Origin: Bdellovibrionales bacterium
GTDB taxonomy: Bacteria; Bdellovibrionota; Bdellovibrionia; Bdellovibrionales; UBA1609
DNA: 64,000 bases
Direction of reading: 5' to 3'
NCBI GenBank assembly: GCA_965203095.1
Contig: OZ241877.1
Location: 928,001 to 992,000 of the forward strand
Shown: positions 33,575 through 41,690 of the stretch, piece by piece
Layout of the letters: every line of letters starts with the position of its first letter
Position numbering within the stretch: the first letter of the stretch is position 1
Program-made: the position numbers and the translations under genes
Notes under the pieces: model-generated
The model's database searches: none
Seen by the model: only the letters and a program-made list of their open reading frames with translations
What the model was told of the DNA's origin: nothing

Positions 33575-33731
33575 ACTTTATTAGAAAATCAATTTTTCAA
33601 ACTTGTCAAATATTCTCAAAAAAAAGAAGCAATAAATAAATCATCTCAATATTATTGGCTGAATTGGAAAACCTTAAGCTTTTTTTAAAAAGCTCAAAAG
33701 CCCGTTGGTAAAGGCTTTATTGTTTTGAAAA

Positions 33732-33868
33732 AGCTTAAAAAGTGTCTCATTTTGGCCTAAAACCGGGCCCTTTTAAGCAAACAGCCCGGCAGAACCGGGC
33801 TGAAAGCTATCAATAGAAAGAACATGTTTAAGCACTGTGCTTATCGGACAAGCTATCTCAATGTTTTA
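33732..33868 (-). repeat. Sigma28-like promoter + GC hairpin + conserved tail, copy 1 (copy 2 at 47656-47811)
   Basis: Hairpin CAGCCCGG-N5-CCGGGCTG at 33782-33802; AAAAAGTGTCTCATTTTGGCCTAAAA shared with copy 2. Confidence 0.7.
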
Positions 33869-34008
33869 ATTTTTTTTCTCACTTCAGCTATTTGCTTATC
33901 AGCCTTTTCCTTCAATTCCTCACTTAAGCTCTTAGAAACAAAAAGCAATCTTTTAATATCTAAAAGGATCTGACTCATTTCCTGAAAAAGAACAGGCTTT
34001 TATATCAA

Positions 34009-34024
34009 TGTTCCGCGTGGAACA
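34009..34024. promoter_or_regulatory. parS site 1
   Basis: TGTTCCGCGTGGAACA, close to the parS palindrome, within a longer ATATCAA...TTGATAT inverted repeat; 1.6 kb upstream of parA. Confidence 0.85.
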
Positions 34025-34082
34025 TTGATATTGGTTAAAACTCTCTTGAAAAACAAAAAAGTTTTGCCTTTAAAAACCCAAA

Positions 34083-34098
34083 TGTTCCGCGTGGAACA
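34083..34098. promoter_or_regulatory. parS site 2
   Basis: Identical TGTTCCGCGTGGAACA. Confidence 0.85.
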
Positions 34099-34169
34099 TT
34101 TGGAACTGTGCCTCTGTTTGTTAATTCTCAATCCCTCAAAGACAGAACAAGATAGACAGAGAAAAAATC

Positions 34170-34310
34170 CTAATAACAAAAATCGCCATAATTGGAATTG
34201 GCCAAAATTAAGCAAAAAAAATCCAAAAAAATCGCCTGAAAGGCATCATGGCAGTTATTAGCAAAAGCCGGCAAGCTCATTAAAAGGATAAGGCTTAATA
34301 ATATTTTCAT
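34170..34310 (-). pseudogene. Truncated pentapeptide-family unit (promoter + signal peptide only)
   Basis: MKILLSLILLMSLPAFANNC matches the N-terminus of 36221-36994, then unrelated sequence and a stop after 46 codons; module A upstream. Confidence 0.7.
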
Positions 34311-34459
34311 TGTGTTTGGCTATAGCAGGATGTCCGGGAAAATAAAGAATTAGAGGGACTTTTGTAAATTTTTCACACAAAGAGCAGAAGGCTTGCCGGT
34401 AAAGGGGTTATTGTGTGGCAAGAAAATGTCGTCTAAAAAAAGAGAGGGTTTTTAAAGGC

Positions 34460-34642
34460 TTATTTTTTTTGAGCTTGAGGGATAGACAGAACTTTATCCA
34501 GTTTATCCTCAATATGAACAAGTTTATTTTCAATTCTATCCATTCGGCCTTTTAAAGGCCAAACTGAAAGCTGAATAATCCCAAACAGAACCGTCATAAG
34601 AGCACAAACTGCTATAATAGTTTTTGAGTCCATTCCATTCAT
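34460..34642 (-). CDS. Small membrane-anchored coiled-coil protein
   Basis: Perfect TTGACA-N17-TATAAT (34678-34650) 7 nt before ATG 34642; TM helix then RMDRIENKL; upstream ~65 bp resembles 32955-33018. Confidence 0.65.
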   Translation of the reverse strand: MNGMDSKTIIAVCALMTVLFGIIQLSVWPLKGRMDRIENKLVHIEDKLDKVLSIPQAQKK

Positions 34643-34776
34643 ACAGTCCATTATATGGACATTGGCCGGGAATGTCAAGTTTTATTTCAAGTGCTCTAAT
34701 ATCAGCCAGAATAGGCTTTTTTCCCCAGCTGAGGGCTTGGATATAGATAGAGATTAGAGAGAAAATATAGAGGGGT

Positions 34777-35310
34777 TTAGGGCCTAATTGGTATTCTCAT
34801 GTCTGCCCCTTCCAAGTCTTTCTTTTTCTTATCCACCCAGTTAATCTTGTCTGTGTTCAATGCTCCGCTGTTCATAATCATGTCACGATAATGTTCGTCT
34901 ATGATAGCTCCTCTCAAGTTTGCCTCTGTCAGGATTGCTCTTCTCAAGTCTGCCCTTCTCAAGTCTGCTCCTCTCAAGTTTGCCTCTGTCAGGATTGCTC
35001 TTCTCAAGTCTGCTCCTCTCAAGTTTGCCTCTGTCAGGATTGCTCTTCTCAAGTCTGCCCCTATCAAGAATGCCCCTCTCAAGTCTGCCCTATACAAGTC
35101 TGCCCTTCCCAAGTCTGCCCTTGTTAAGTATACCCCTGTCAAGTCTGCCCTTGTTAAGTCTGCCCCTCTAAAATCTCTCCCTCTCAAATCTTTTTTCCCT
35201 TGTCTGATTTGTTCAATCAATTCTGCTTGTTTTGTGGGATCAACGGGGTCCCGGTTTTCAGAAAAAGACGGCAAGCTCATTAAAAGAATAAGGCTCAATA
35301 GTATTTTCAT
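34777..35310 (-). CDS. Secreted pentapeptide repeat protein 1
   Basis: Signal peptide; QAELIEQIRQGKKDL cap; A(D/N)Lxx repeats; SGALNTDKINWVD cap. Confidence 0.93.
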   Translation of the reverse strand: MKILLSLILLMSLPSFSENRDPVDPTKQAELIEQIRQGKKDLRGRDFRGADLTRADLTGVYLTRADLGRADLYRADLRGAFLIGADLRRAILTEANLRGADLRRAILTEANLRGADLRRADLRRAILTEANLRGAIIDEHYRDMIMNSGALNTDKINWVDKKKKDLEGADMRIPIRP

Positions 35311-35406
35311 AGAGTTTGTTTATAGCAGGATTGTCCGGGAAAACAAAGTCTTTTAAAGCCTTTTGTAAATTTTTCACACAAAGGGGGGAAAGCTCAATCC
35401 ACCCAG

Positions 35407-35892
35407 TTAATCTTGTCTGGGTTCAATTTCCATGTTTGCGTCTTTAAAGATATAGAGTATTAAGAAAAAAAGAGGATTTTTAAGTTTGCTTAGCCAGTTA
35501 ATCTTGTCTGTGTTCAAAGCTCCGCTGTTCTTAATTTTGTCACGATATTTTGAGTCTATAGATGCTTTTGTCAAGTCTGCACCAGACAAGTTTGTCTCTT
35601 TTAAGTTTGCATATATTAAGAAAGCACCAGACAAGTCTGCACCAGACAAGTCTGCACCAGACAGGTCTGCCCATACCAAGTTTGCTTTTTGCAAGTTTGC
35701 TTTTTGCAAGTTTGTCCCAGACAAGGCTACTCTGTATAATTCTGCCCCTCTCAAGTCTGCCTTGCTCAAGTCTTTTTTCCCTTGTTTTATTTGCTTAATA
35801 AGTTCTGCTTGCTTAGCCAGCTCCGCTTTGCTCAAAGCTTTTGCTTGAGCTGGAATTGAGAAACATAAAAGAATTAAAACCAGACCTTTCAT
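35407..35892 (-). CDS. Secreted pentapeptide repeat protein 2 (altered C-terminus)
   Basis: Same caps and repeats; the DKINW tail is duplicated, with an out-of-frame ..KINWVD* remnant at ~35394-35420. Confidence 0.9.
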   Translation of the reverse strand: MKGLVLILLCFSIPAQAKALSKAELAKQAELIKQIKQGKKDLSKADLRGAELYRVALSGTNLQKANLQKANLVWADLSGADLSGADLSGAFLIYANLKETNLSGADLTKASIDSKYRDKIKNSGALNTDKINWLSKLKNPLFFLILYIFKDANMEIEPRQD

Positions 35893-35925
35893 ACTTATCT
35901 TATCGGTTCATTGTCCGGGAATATA

Positions 35926-36149
35926 AAGGGCGGAGTCTCAAAGGAAAAGGGGGGGCATGATTATCACAATGGGGGGCAGGACGTTTTACCCCCGGAGGCT
36001 ATTTTTCACAAAAAAATCCTAAAAAAAAATCACCTGAAAAGCAATATAGACAAGGCTTATAGACGATTTTAAGCCGATTCCAGGAAAAAAATGATCTGCC
36101 CCCCTTAGCGATATTAACCCCACCCCCCATCGCTTGGGACTCCACCCTT
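35926..36149. mobile_element. MITE-like element bounded by imperfect ~53-bp inverted copies of module C
   Basis: AAGGGCGGAGTCTCAAAG...GGGGGGCAG (35926-35978) is the inverted counterpart of CTGCCCCCC...GCTTGGGACTCCACCCTT (36096-36149); lone right-end copies at ~39358 and ~48707. Confidence 0.5.
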
Positions 36150-36220
36150 GTTTTTGAGGCTTATTTGATAGCTGAGGGCTTTGGATATTGATAGAGATTA
36201 GAGAGAAAATATAGAGGGGT

Positions 36221-36994
36221 TTAGGGCCTAATTGGTATTCTCATGTCTGCCCCTTCCAAGTCTTTCTTTTTCTTATCCACCCAGTTAATCAAGCCTATGT
36301 TCAATGCTCCGCTGTTCATAATCATGTCACGATAATGTTCGTCTATGATAGCTCCTCTCAAGTCTGCTCCTCTCAAGTTTGCCTCTGTCAGGATTGCTCT
36401 TCTCAAGTCTGCTCCTATCAAGTTTGCCTCTGTCAGGATTGCTCTTCTCAAGTCTGCTCCTATCAAGTTTGCCTCTGTCAGGATTGCTCTTCTCATGTCT
36501 GCCCCTATCAAGTCTGCTCCTCTCAAGTTTGCCTCTGTCAGGATTGCTCTTCTCAAGTCTGCTCCTCTCAAGTTTGCCTCTGTCAGGATTGCTCTTCTCA
36601 AGTCTGCCCCTATCAAGAATGCCCCTCTCAAGTCTGCCCTATACAAGTCTGCCCTTCCCAAGTCTGCCCTTTCTAAGTTCGCCCCTTGCAAGATCGCCCT
36701 CTCCAATTTCGCCCCTGACAATTTCGCCCTCTCCAATTTCGCCCCTGACAATTTCGCCTCTGACAAGTCTGCCTTTCTCAAGTCTGCCCCTGTCAATTTT
36801 GCCAATATCAAGTCCGCTCCCGCCAATTTCGCCTCTCTCAAGTTCGCCCTTGCCAAGTTTTTTTTCCCTTGTCTGATTTTTTTAATCAGCTCTACCTGTT
36901 TTTTATCGGGTTCTAAATCAGGCTCAAAAACATTCCGGCAGTTAGCAAAAGCCGGCAAGCTCATTAAAAGAATAAGGCTTAATAGTAGGTTCAT
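36221..36994 (-). CDS. Secreted pentapeptide repeat protein 3 (longest)
   Basis: Signal peptide; five copies of a 15-aa ADLRRAILTEANL(R/I)G-type unit. Confidence 0.93.
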   Translation of the reverse strand: MNLLLSLILLMSLPAFANCRNVFEPDLEPDKKQVELIKKIRQGKKNLARANLREAKLAGADLILAKLTGADLRKADLSEAKLSGAKLERAKLSGAKLERAILQGANLERADLGRADLYRADLRGAFLIGADLRRAILTEANLRGADLRRAILTEANLRGADLIGADMRRAILTEANLIGADLRRAILTEANLIGADLRRAILTEANLRGADLRGAIIDEHYRDMIMNSGALNIGLINWVDKKKKDLEGADMRIPIRP

Positions 36995-37131
36995 TGTGTA
37001 GGGGTATAGCAGAATTGTCCGGGAAAGTAAAGTCTATTGTAAATTTTTCACACAAAGGGCAGAGCTTGTTTTATAGCTGAGAGCTTTGGATATAGATAGA
37101 GATTAGAGAGAAAAATAGAGGGTTCTGAGGC

Positions 37132-37599
37132 TTAATCCACCCAGTTAATCTTGTCTGTGTTCAATGCTCCGCTGTCCATAATCATGTCACGATATTTTGA
37201 GTCTATATAAGCATACAATAAGTTAGCCTCTTTAAAGTCTGCCCCTGTCAAGGTTGCTTTATACAAGATTGCTCTTGTCAAGTTTGCCTTTGTCAAGTCT
37301 GCCCCCATCAACTTTGCCCCCGCAAGGTTAGCCATTTGCAGGTTTGTCTCTATCAAATTTGCCCCTATCAAAAATCCCCCTATCAAAAATCCCTCTGTTA
37401 AGTCTGCCCTTGTCAAGTTTGCAAATGTCAGGTCTGCCTTATACAAGTTTGCTTTTTGCAAGTTTGCCTCTGTTAAGTCTTTTTTCCCTTGCCTGATTTG
37501 TTCAATCAATTCTGCTTGTTTTGTGGGATCAACTGTCTCCGGGTTTTCAGAAAAAGCCGTCTGGTTCATTAAAAGGATAATGCTTAATAGTATTTTCAT
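37132..37599 (-). CDS. Secreted pentapeptide repeat protein 4
   Basis: Same architecture; differs from 49430-49897 at 2 residues. Confidence 0.93.
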   Translation of the reverse strand: MKILLSIILLMNQTAFSENPETVDPTKQAELIEQIRQGKKDLTEANLQKANLYKADLTFANLTRADLTEGFLIGGFLIGANLIETNLQMANLAGAKLMGADLTKANLTRAILYKATLTGADFKEANLLYAYIDSKYRDMIMDSGALNTDKINWVD

Positions 37600-37680
37600 T
37601 GGTTGTCTTATAGCAGGATTGTCCGGGAAAGTAAAGAATTAGAGAGTCTTTTGTAAATTTTTCACAAAAAGGGCAAAAGC

Positions 37681-38226
37681 TTAATCCACCCAGTTAATCT
37701 TGTCTGTGTTCAATGCTCCCTTCCATTTCAGTTTTTGGGGTTTTATCTTTGAGCTTATGTAAGCCCCTGCCAAGTTTGCTCCCTTTAATTTTGTATGTTT
37801 CAAGTTTATGATATGCATTCTTGCCCCTTGCAAGTTTGCCCCTTGTAAGTCTGCTCCCCTCAATCTTGCTCGTATTAAAATTGCATTTTGCAAGTTTGCC
37901 CATCTCAAGTCTGCTCCGTGCATTTTGGCTCTAAATAAGTTTGCCTCTTGCAAGTTCGCTGACTGCATTTGTGCCCCCCTTAAGTCTGCTGACTGCATTT
38001 GTGCCCCCCTTAAGTCTGCTCCCTGTAAAGACTCCCTTATCAAGTTCGCTTCTCTCAAGTCTGCCTCTCTTAAGTTTTTTTTCCCTTGTCTAATTTGTTT
38101 TATCAGCTTGGCTTGGGCTTCAGGATTGATTAAATCACTTCCTTTCAAGGTGTGGTTTTTAAGTTGCCCCTTGCCAGCCTGAGCTGGGATTGCAAAAAAT
38201 AAAAGGATTAAAATAATTTGTTTCAT
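37681..38226 (-). CDS. Secreted pentapeptide repeat protein 5
   Basis: Signal peptide AIPAQA; repeats; GALNTDKINWVD; GGAGG RBS; sigma28-like promoter at 38260-38286. Confidence 0.93.
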   Translation of the reverse strand: MKQIILILLFFAIPAQAGKGQLKNHTLKGSDLINPEAQAKLIKQIRQGKKNLREADLREANLIRESLQGADLRGAQMQSADLRGAQMQSANLQEANLFRAKMHGADLRWANLQNAILIRARLRGADLQGANLQGARMHIINLKHTKLKGANLAGAYISSKIKPQKLKWKGALNTDKINWVD

Positions 38227-38252
38227 AGTCCCTCCTTTTAGGGTTGTTTCCT

Positions 38253-38345
38253 GTTTATCTTATCGGTTGTTTGTCCGGATCTCTTAGTCCTGTTTTCTCA
38301 AAACTGGACTTCAGTTCCTTCAATTCTTTTGAGAGGCTGTCTATT
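38253..38345 (-). pseudogene. Duplicated 3' end of the S74 fibre gene, carrying a sigma28-like promoter
   Basis: Closely matches 50533-50625 (CTTAGTCCTGTTTTCTCAAAACTGGACTTCAGTT..GAGAGGCTGTCTATT). Confidence 0.85.
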
Positions 38346-38437
38346 GTAAAATTTTCACACAAGGGGCTGAGCTTGTTTTATAGCTGAGGCTTTTGATATA
38401 GATAAAGATTAGAGAGAAAAATAGAGGGTTCTGAGGC

Positions 38438-38842
38438 TTAATCCATCCAACATGTAATATATTCTGTTTCATAAAAACCGCCATAATCATTCCAGTCTGT
38501 TTGTGTGTATTTGTGCCTTGTTTTTACTTTTGGCAGGTCAATCTCTATCTCTTCCGGGGGGCACAGACGACCATCTGACAACTTTTTTTGAACATGCCCC
38601 TCAAAACTCACAGAACACCCGTCATAATAGTCAGGATCTAAAACCATCCCCCCAGCTTGGGCTATAACTGTGCTCCCACTTACAAGTTCACAAGTGTCGT
38701 CTTGACCTGAATGATCAGAATATATCTTAAATTGTTCCCCAATTTTTATCCTCTTAACATTGGAAATCCAATCAGGATCGGACCAAAAGAAAGCTCCAGC
38801 GGTAAAAGAATAAAGGGAAAAGATAAATAATAATGCTTTCAT
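38438..38842 (-). CDS. Secreted Cys-containing protein, MKALLF family, copy 1
   Basis: Signal peptide identical to 41691-42098; CELVSGST and QKKLSDG.LC shared; ends WMD* like the pentapeptide genes. Confidence 0.85.
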   Translation of the reverse strand: MKALLFIFSLYSFTAGAFFWSDPDWISNVKRIKIGEQFKIYSDHSGQDDTCELVSGSTVIAQAGGMVLDPDYYDGCSVSFEGHVQKKLSDGRLCPPEEIEIDLPKVKTRHKYTQTDWNDYGGFYETEYITCWMD

Positions 38843-38911
38843 TGTTCTCTTATAGCAGGATTGTCCGGAAAAATAAAGTCTGTTGTAAATTTTTCACACT
38901 AAAGGGCTGTT

Positions 38912-39268
38912 TTACCTTTGTCCTGTGCTCCCCCTTTGAGAAGTGCCTGAGCAGGATTGGGCTTGTCTATCTGCTGTTTTGTCTATTGTTTTGATTGCGT
39001 TGTCTAATCTGTCTGATATTGAGTCAATCGTAATGATTGCTTTGTCCAATCTGTCTGATATTGAGTTTATTGTTTTGCGATTGTGATCCACTGCTGGGGC
39101 TATTTCACTTAAGGTTTTACGATTGCTTTTTACATTGTCTATAATCTCATTTTGTTTCTCTTTTAGGCTATCTAATTTTGTTTTAACAGTATAGTCGGGT
39201 CTACCGTGATCATGCCCCATTGAATGAGCACTGAATGTTATGAAAAAAGAAAGCAATAAGTAGATCAT
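38912..39268 (-). CDS. Secreted coiled-coil protein, MIYL..GSTGQR family, variant
   Basis: Signal peptide; internal SISDRLD(K/N)AI tandem repeat; sigma28-like promoter at 39279-39305. Confidence 0.8.
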   Translation of the reverse strand: MIYLLLSFFITFSAHSMGHDHGRPDYTVKTKLDSLKEKQNEIIDNVKSNRKTLSEIAPAVDHNRKTINSISDRLDKAIITIDSISDRLDNAIKTIDKTADRQAQSCSGTSQRGSTGQR

Positions 39269-39486
39269 CTCAATAAGCTTATCGGACGATATTGAGAAAA
39301 CTTAAGAAAAAACAAGCTTTTTTAGTCAAAAACGGCTATTTTCAGGAAAAAATGTCGTGCCCCCCATTGTGATATTAACCCCACCCCCGATCGCTTGGGA
39401 CTCCACCCTTGTTTTTGAGGCTTATTTGATAGCTGAGGGCTTTGATATTGATAGAGATTAGAGAGAAAAATAGAGGGGTCTGAGGC

Positions 39487-39900
39487 TTAATCCATCCAGT
39501 TAATCTTGTCTGTGTTCAATGCTCCGCTGCGCATAATCATGTCACGATATTTATAGGTTAAGCTCATAAAAGCCTCTGTCAAATCTGCCCTATACAGGGT
39601 TGCCCCCTCCAAGCCTGCCCATCTCAAGTCCGCCGTTTGTAAGTCTGCCCTATACAAGCTTGCTCCCTCCAGTTCTGCCTTTCTTAAGTCTGCCCATCTC
39701 AAGTCTGTCTTTGATAAGTCCGCCCCTTTCAAGTTCGCCCCTCTCAAGTCTGCCCATCTCAAGTCTGCCCATCTCAAGTCTTTTTCCCCTTGTCTGATTT
39801 GGTTAATCAATTCTGCTTGTTTTGTGTGATCAACTGGCTCCGTGTTTTCAGAAAAAGCCGGCAAGCTCATTAAAAGGATAAGGCTAAATAGTATTTTCAT
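39487..39900 (-). CDS. Secreted pentapeptide repeat protein 6 (Trp-rich)
   Basis: DLRWA repeats and family caps. Confidence 0.93.
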   Translation of the reverse strand: MKILFSLILLMSLPAFSENTEPVDHTKQAELINQIRQGEKDLRWADLRWADLRGANLKGADLSKTDLRWADLRKAELEGASLYRADLQTADLRWAGLEGATLYRADLTEAFMSLTYKYRDMIMRSGALNTDKINWMD

Positions 39901-40045
39901 TGTGTTTTGGATATAGCAGGATTGTCCGGGAAAGTAAAGAATTAGAGAGTCTTTTGTAAATTTTTCACAAAAAGAGCTTATTTGATAGCTGAGGCTTTGG
40001 TATAGATAGAGATTAGAGAGAAAAATAGCTATGCTCTGGCGGTTT

Positions 40046-40402
40046 TTACCTTTGGCCTGTGCTTCCCTTCTTTTCTTTAAGAAGGCGGGGCCGGAGCGGT
40101 TTAGGATTAGAAGTGCCAGAGCTTAAAGGAATACCAGAGCAAGACTCCTTTGTTGCATGAATGGTTTTTTGATTATTGCTAACAACAGTCAATATCTCAT
40201 TTAATAATCTTTTATTAGCATTAACACTATCCATAATCTGGTTATGTTTATTAGCTAACTGCACTATTGCCACACTTTGGCTGGCTGATTGTTGTATTAG
40301 GGCTTTATTTAATTTGTTTTGGTTATGTCCATGCCCTCTTTGACTATGCCCCCTTGAATGAGCACTGAAGGTTATGAAAAAAGAAAGCACTAAGTAAATC
40401 AT
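40046..40402 (-). CDS. Secreted coiled-coil protein, MIYL..GSTGQR family
   Basis: Differs from 42437-42793 at 4 residues. Confidence 0.8.
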   Translation of the reverse strand: MIYLVLSFFITFSAHSRGHSQRGHGHNQNKLNKALIQQSASQSVAIVQLANKHNQIMDSVNANKRLLNEILTVVSNNQKTIHATKESCSGIPLSSGTSNPKPLRPRLLKEKKGSTGQR

Positions 40403-40436
40403 CTCAATAAGCTTATCGGACGATATTGAGAAAACT

Positions 40437-40623
40437 CCAGAAGGCCCACAGTATGCCTATTTTGAGAGATTTTGTTTTGTGAAAAATCTGAGTAAATTTT
40501 GCTCAAAAAATCGGGGGAAAATTGCCTAAAAATAATATGTCAAAAAACAGCTATTCTAATGCAAACTGTGGCATTTTAATAAGCCACCAGAAGGCCCACA
40601 GTATGCCTATTTTGAGAGATTTT
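40437..40623. repeat. 37-bp direct repeat with 150-bp period
   Basis: CCAGAAGGCCCACAGTATGCCTATTTTGAGAGATTTT at 40437-40473 and 40587-40623. Confidence 0.9.
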
Positions 40624-40899
40624 TTATCTGGACGTAAACCATATTGTCATAATAAAGGTTAAAACCCACGGTGTTAAAATCCAAATCCATAGCGGGCTGT
40701 GACTATGTCCTTCTTTATCAATTTTGGAATGTTCCCACTGAACACAGGCAACCTTCTTTTTATTTTTCTCACAATACTTATTAAGTAAAGCTCTATTTTT
40801 CTCATGATTTTTAAATTCATAGCCGTCTAAAGTGTCCGGAGCGGTAGTCGCACAGGAATTTAATACCAAACAAAAGATTATCAAGTGTTTTAAGCTCAT
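40624..40899 (-). CDS. Small lipoprotein with C-terminal TM helix
   Basis: LNSC lipobox; GCCGATAT sigma28-like -10 at 40910-40917. Confidence 0.65.
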   Translation of the reverse strand: MSLKHLIIFCLVLNSCATTAPDTLDGYEFKNHEKNRALLNKYCEKNKKKVACVQWEHSKIDKEGHSHSPLWIWILTPWVLTFIMTIWFTSR

Positions 40900-40924
40900 T
40901 CTATCCTCTATATCGGCTGTTTTT

Positions 40925-41287
40925 ATGGGAAAATATAGGGTTTTTGAGTCAAATAAGGGGGGAAGGACAAAACTTCTTTTAGATTATGAGAAAAGAGATA
41001 AGTTTTTTGAGCTTTGCAAGAGTTTGGGGATTAAAAATAAGCAGACAGAATATTTGATCTGCTTTTATAAAACAGGATCTTTAAAAGCAGTAGTAAAGGA
41101 AACAGGAAAAACCCCGGACTATATCCATAAAACCTTTTCCCGCATAAGAAAAAAGATTGAAAAAACGGAATTTAAAAATATTCACATGCTTTTAGGCTAT
41201 TTTGAGCGAATTTATCAAAAAAACTGGCCCCGTCTGAATGAAATAAGGGAAATATTAGAGCTAAAACTCAATGAAAAGTCTCTATAA
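40925..41287 (+). CDS. Putative HTH DNA-binding protein (sigma region 4-like)
   Basis: SLKAVVKETGKTPDYIHKTFSRIRKKI helix-turn-helix pattern; overlaps the HNH gene start; start uncertain. Confidence 0.5.
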   Translation: MGKYRVFESNKGGRTKLLLDYEKRDKFFELCKSLGIKNKQTEYLICFYKTGSLKAVVKETGKTPDYIHKTFSRIRKKIEKTEFKNIHMLLGYFERIYQKNWPRLNEIREILELKLNEKSL

Positions 41288-41576
41288 CACCACCCACTGG
41301 CAAAAAACCAGAGAGAGAAAGCTTAGAAAAAACCCTCTCTGTGAAATATGTCTTAAGAGGGGAAAGCTTGTTAAGGCCAGTGAGATTGACCATATTACCC
41401 CTTGGCGGGAAATAGAGAGCTTTTTCTGTAAATTTTCAGACCTTCAAAGCCTTTGCAAGTCGTGCCATTCCCGGAAAACTGCACTTGAGAAGGCCAGAAA
41501 AGCTAAACAACTACTCCAAAAAGAGCCTGATCTTGCCAAGATAAAGGCACGGAAAACTAAAGCCTATTTTTTCTAA
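41271..41576 (+). CDS. Phage-type HNH endonuclease
   Basis: PLCEIC, EIDHITP and LQSLCKSCHSRKT motifs. Confidence 0.92.
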   Translation: MKSLYNTTHWQKTRERKLRKNPLCEICLKRGKLVKASEIDHITPWREIESFFCKFSDLQSLCKSCHSRKTALEKARKAKQLLQKEPDLAKIKARKTKAYFF

Positions 41577-41690
41577 ATCCACGGTGGCCACCGGGGGAGT
41601 CCTTTAATCGCCAGCCCTATGAACCACAATGCCCTATTTTTAAGCTTTTTAAGGCTGTGAGAGAGCTAAGGGAGTCGGGGGGAAAACTGC

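Noticed and set aside
34000..34261. ORFs across the parS sites
   Set aside because: Short, on both strands, and explained by parS and the truncated unit
35321..35345. Sigma54 promoter in module A (GG..GC)
   Set aside because: GG and GC are 8 nt apart, not the required 10
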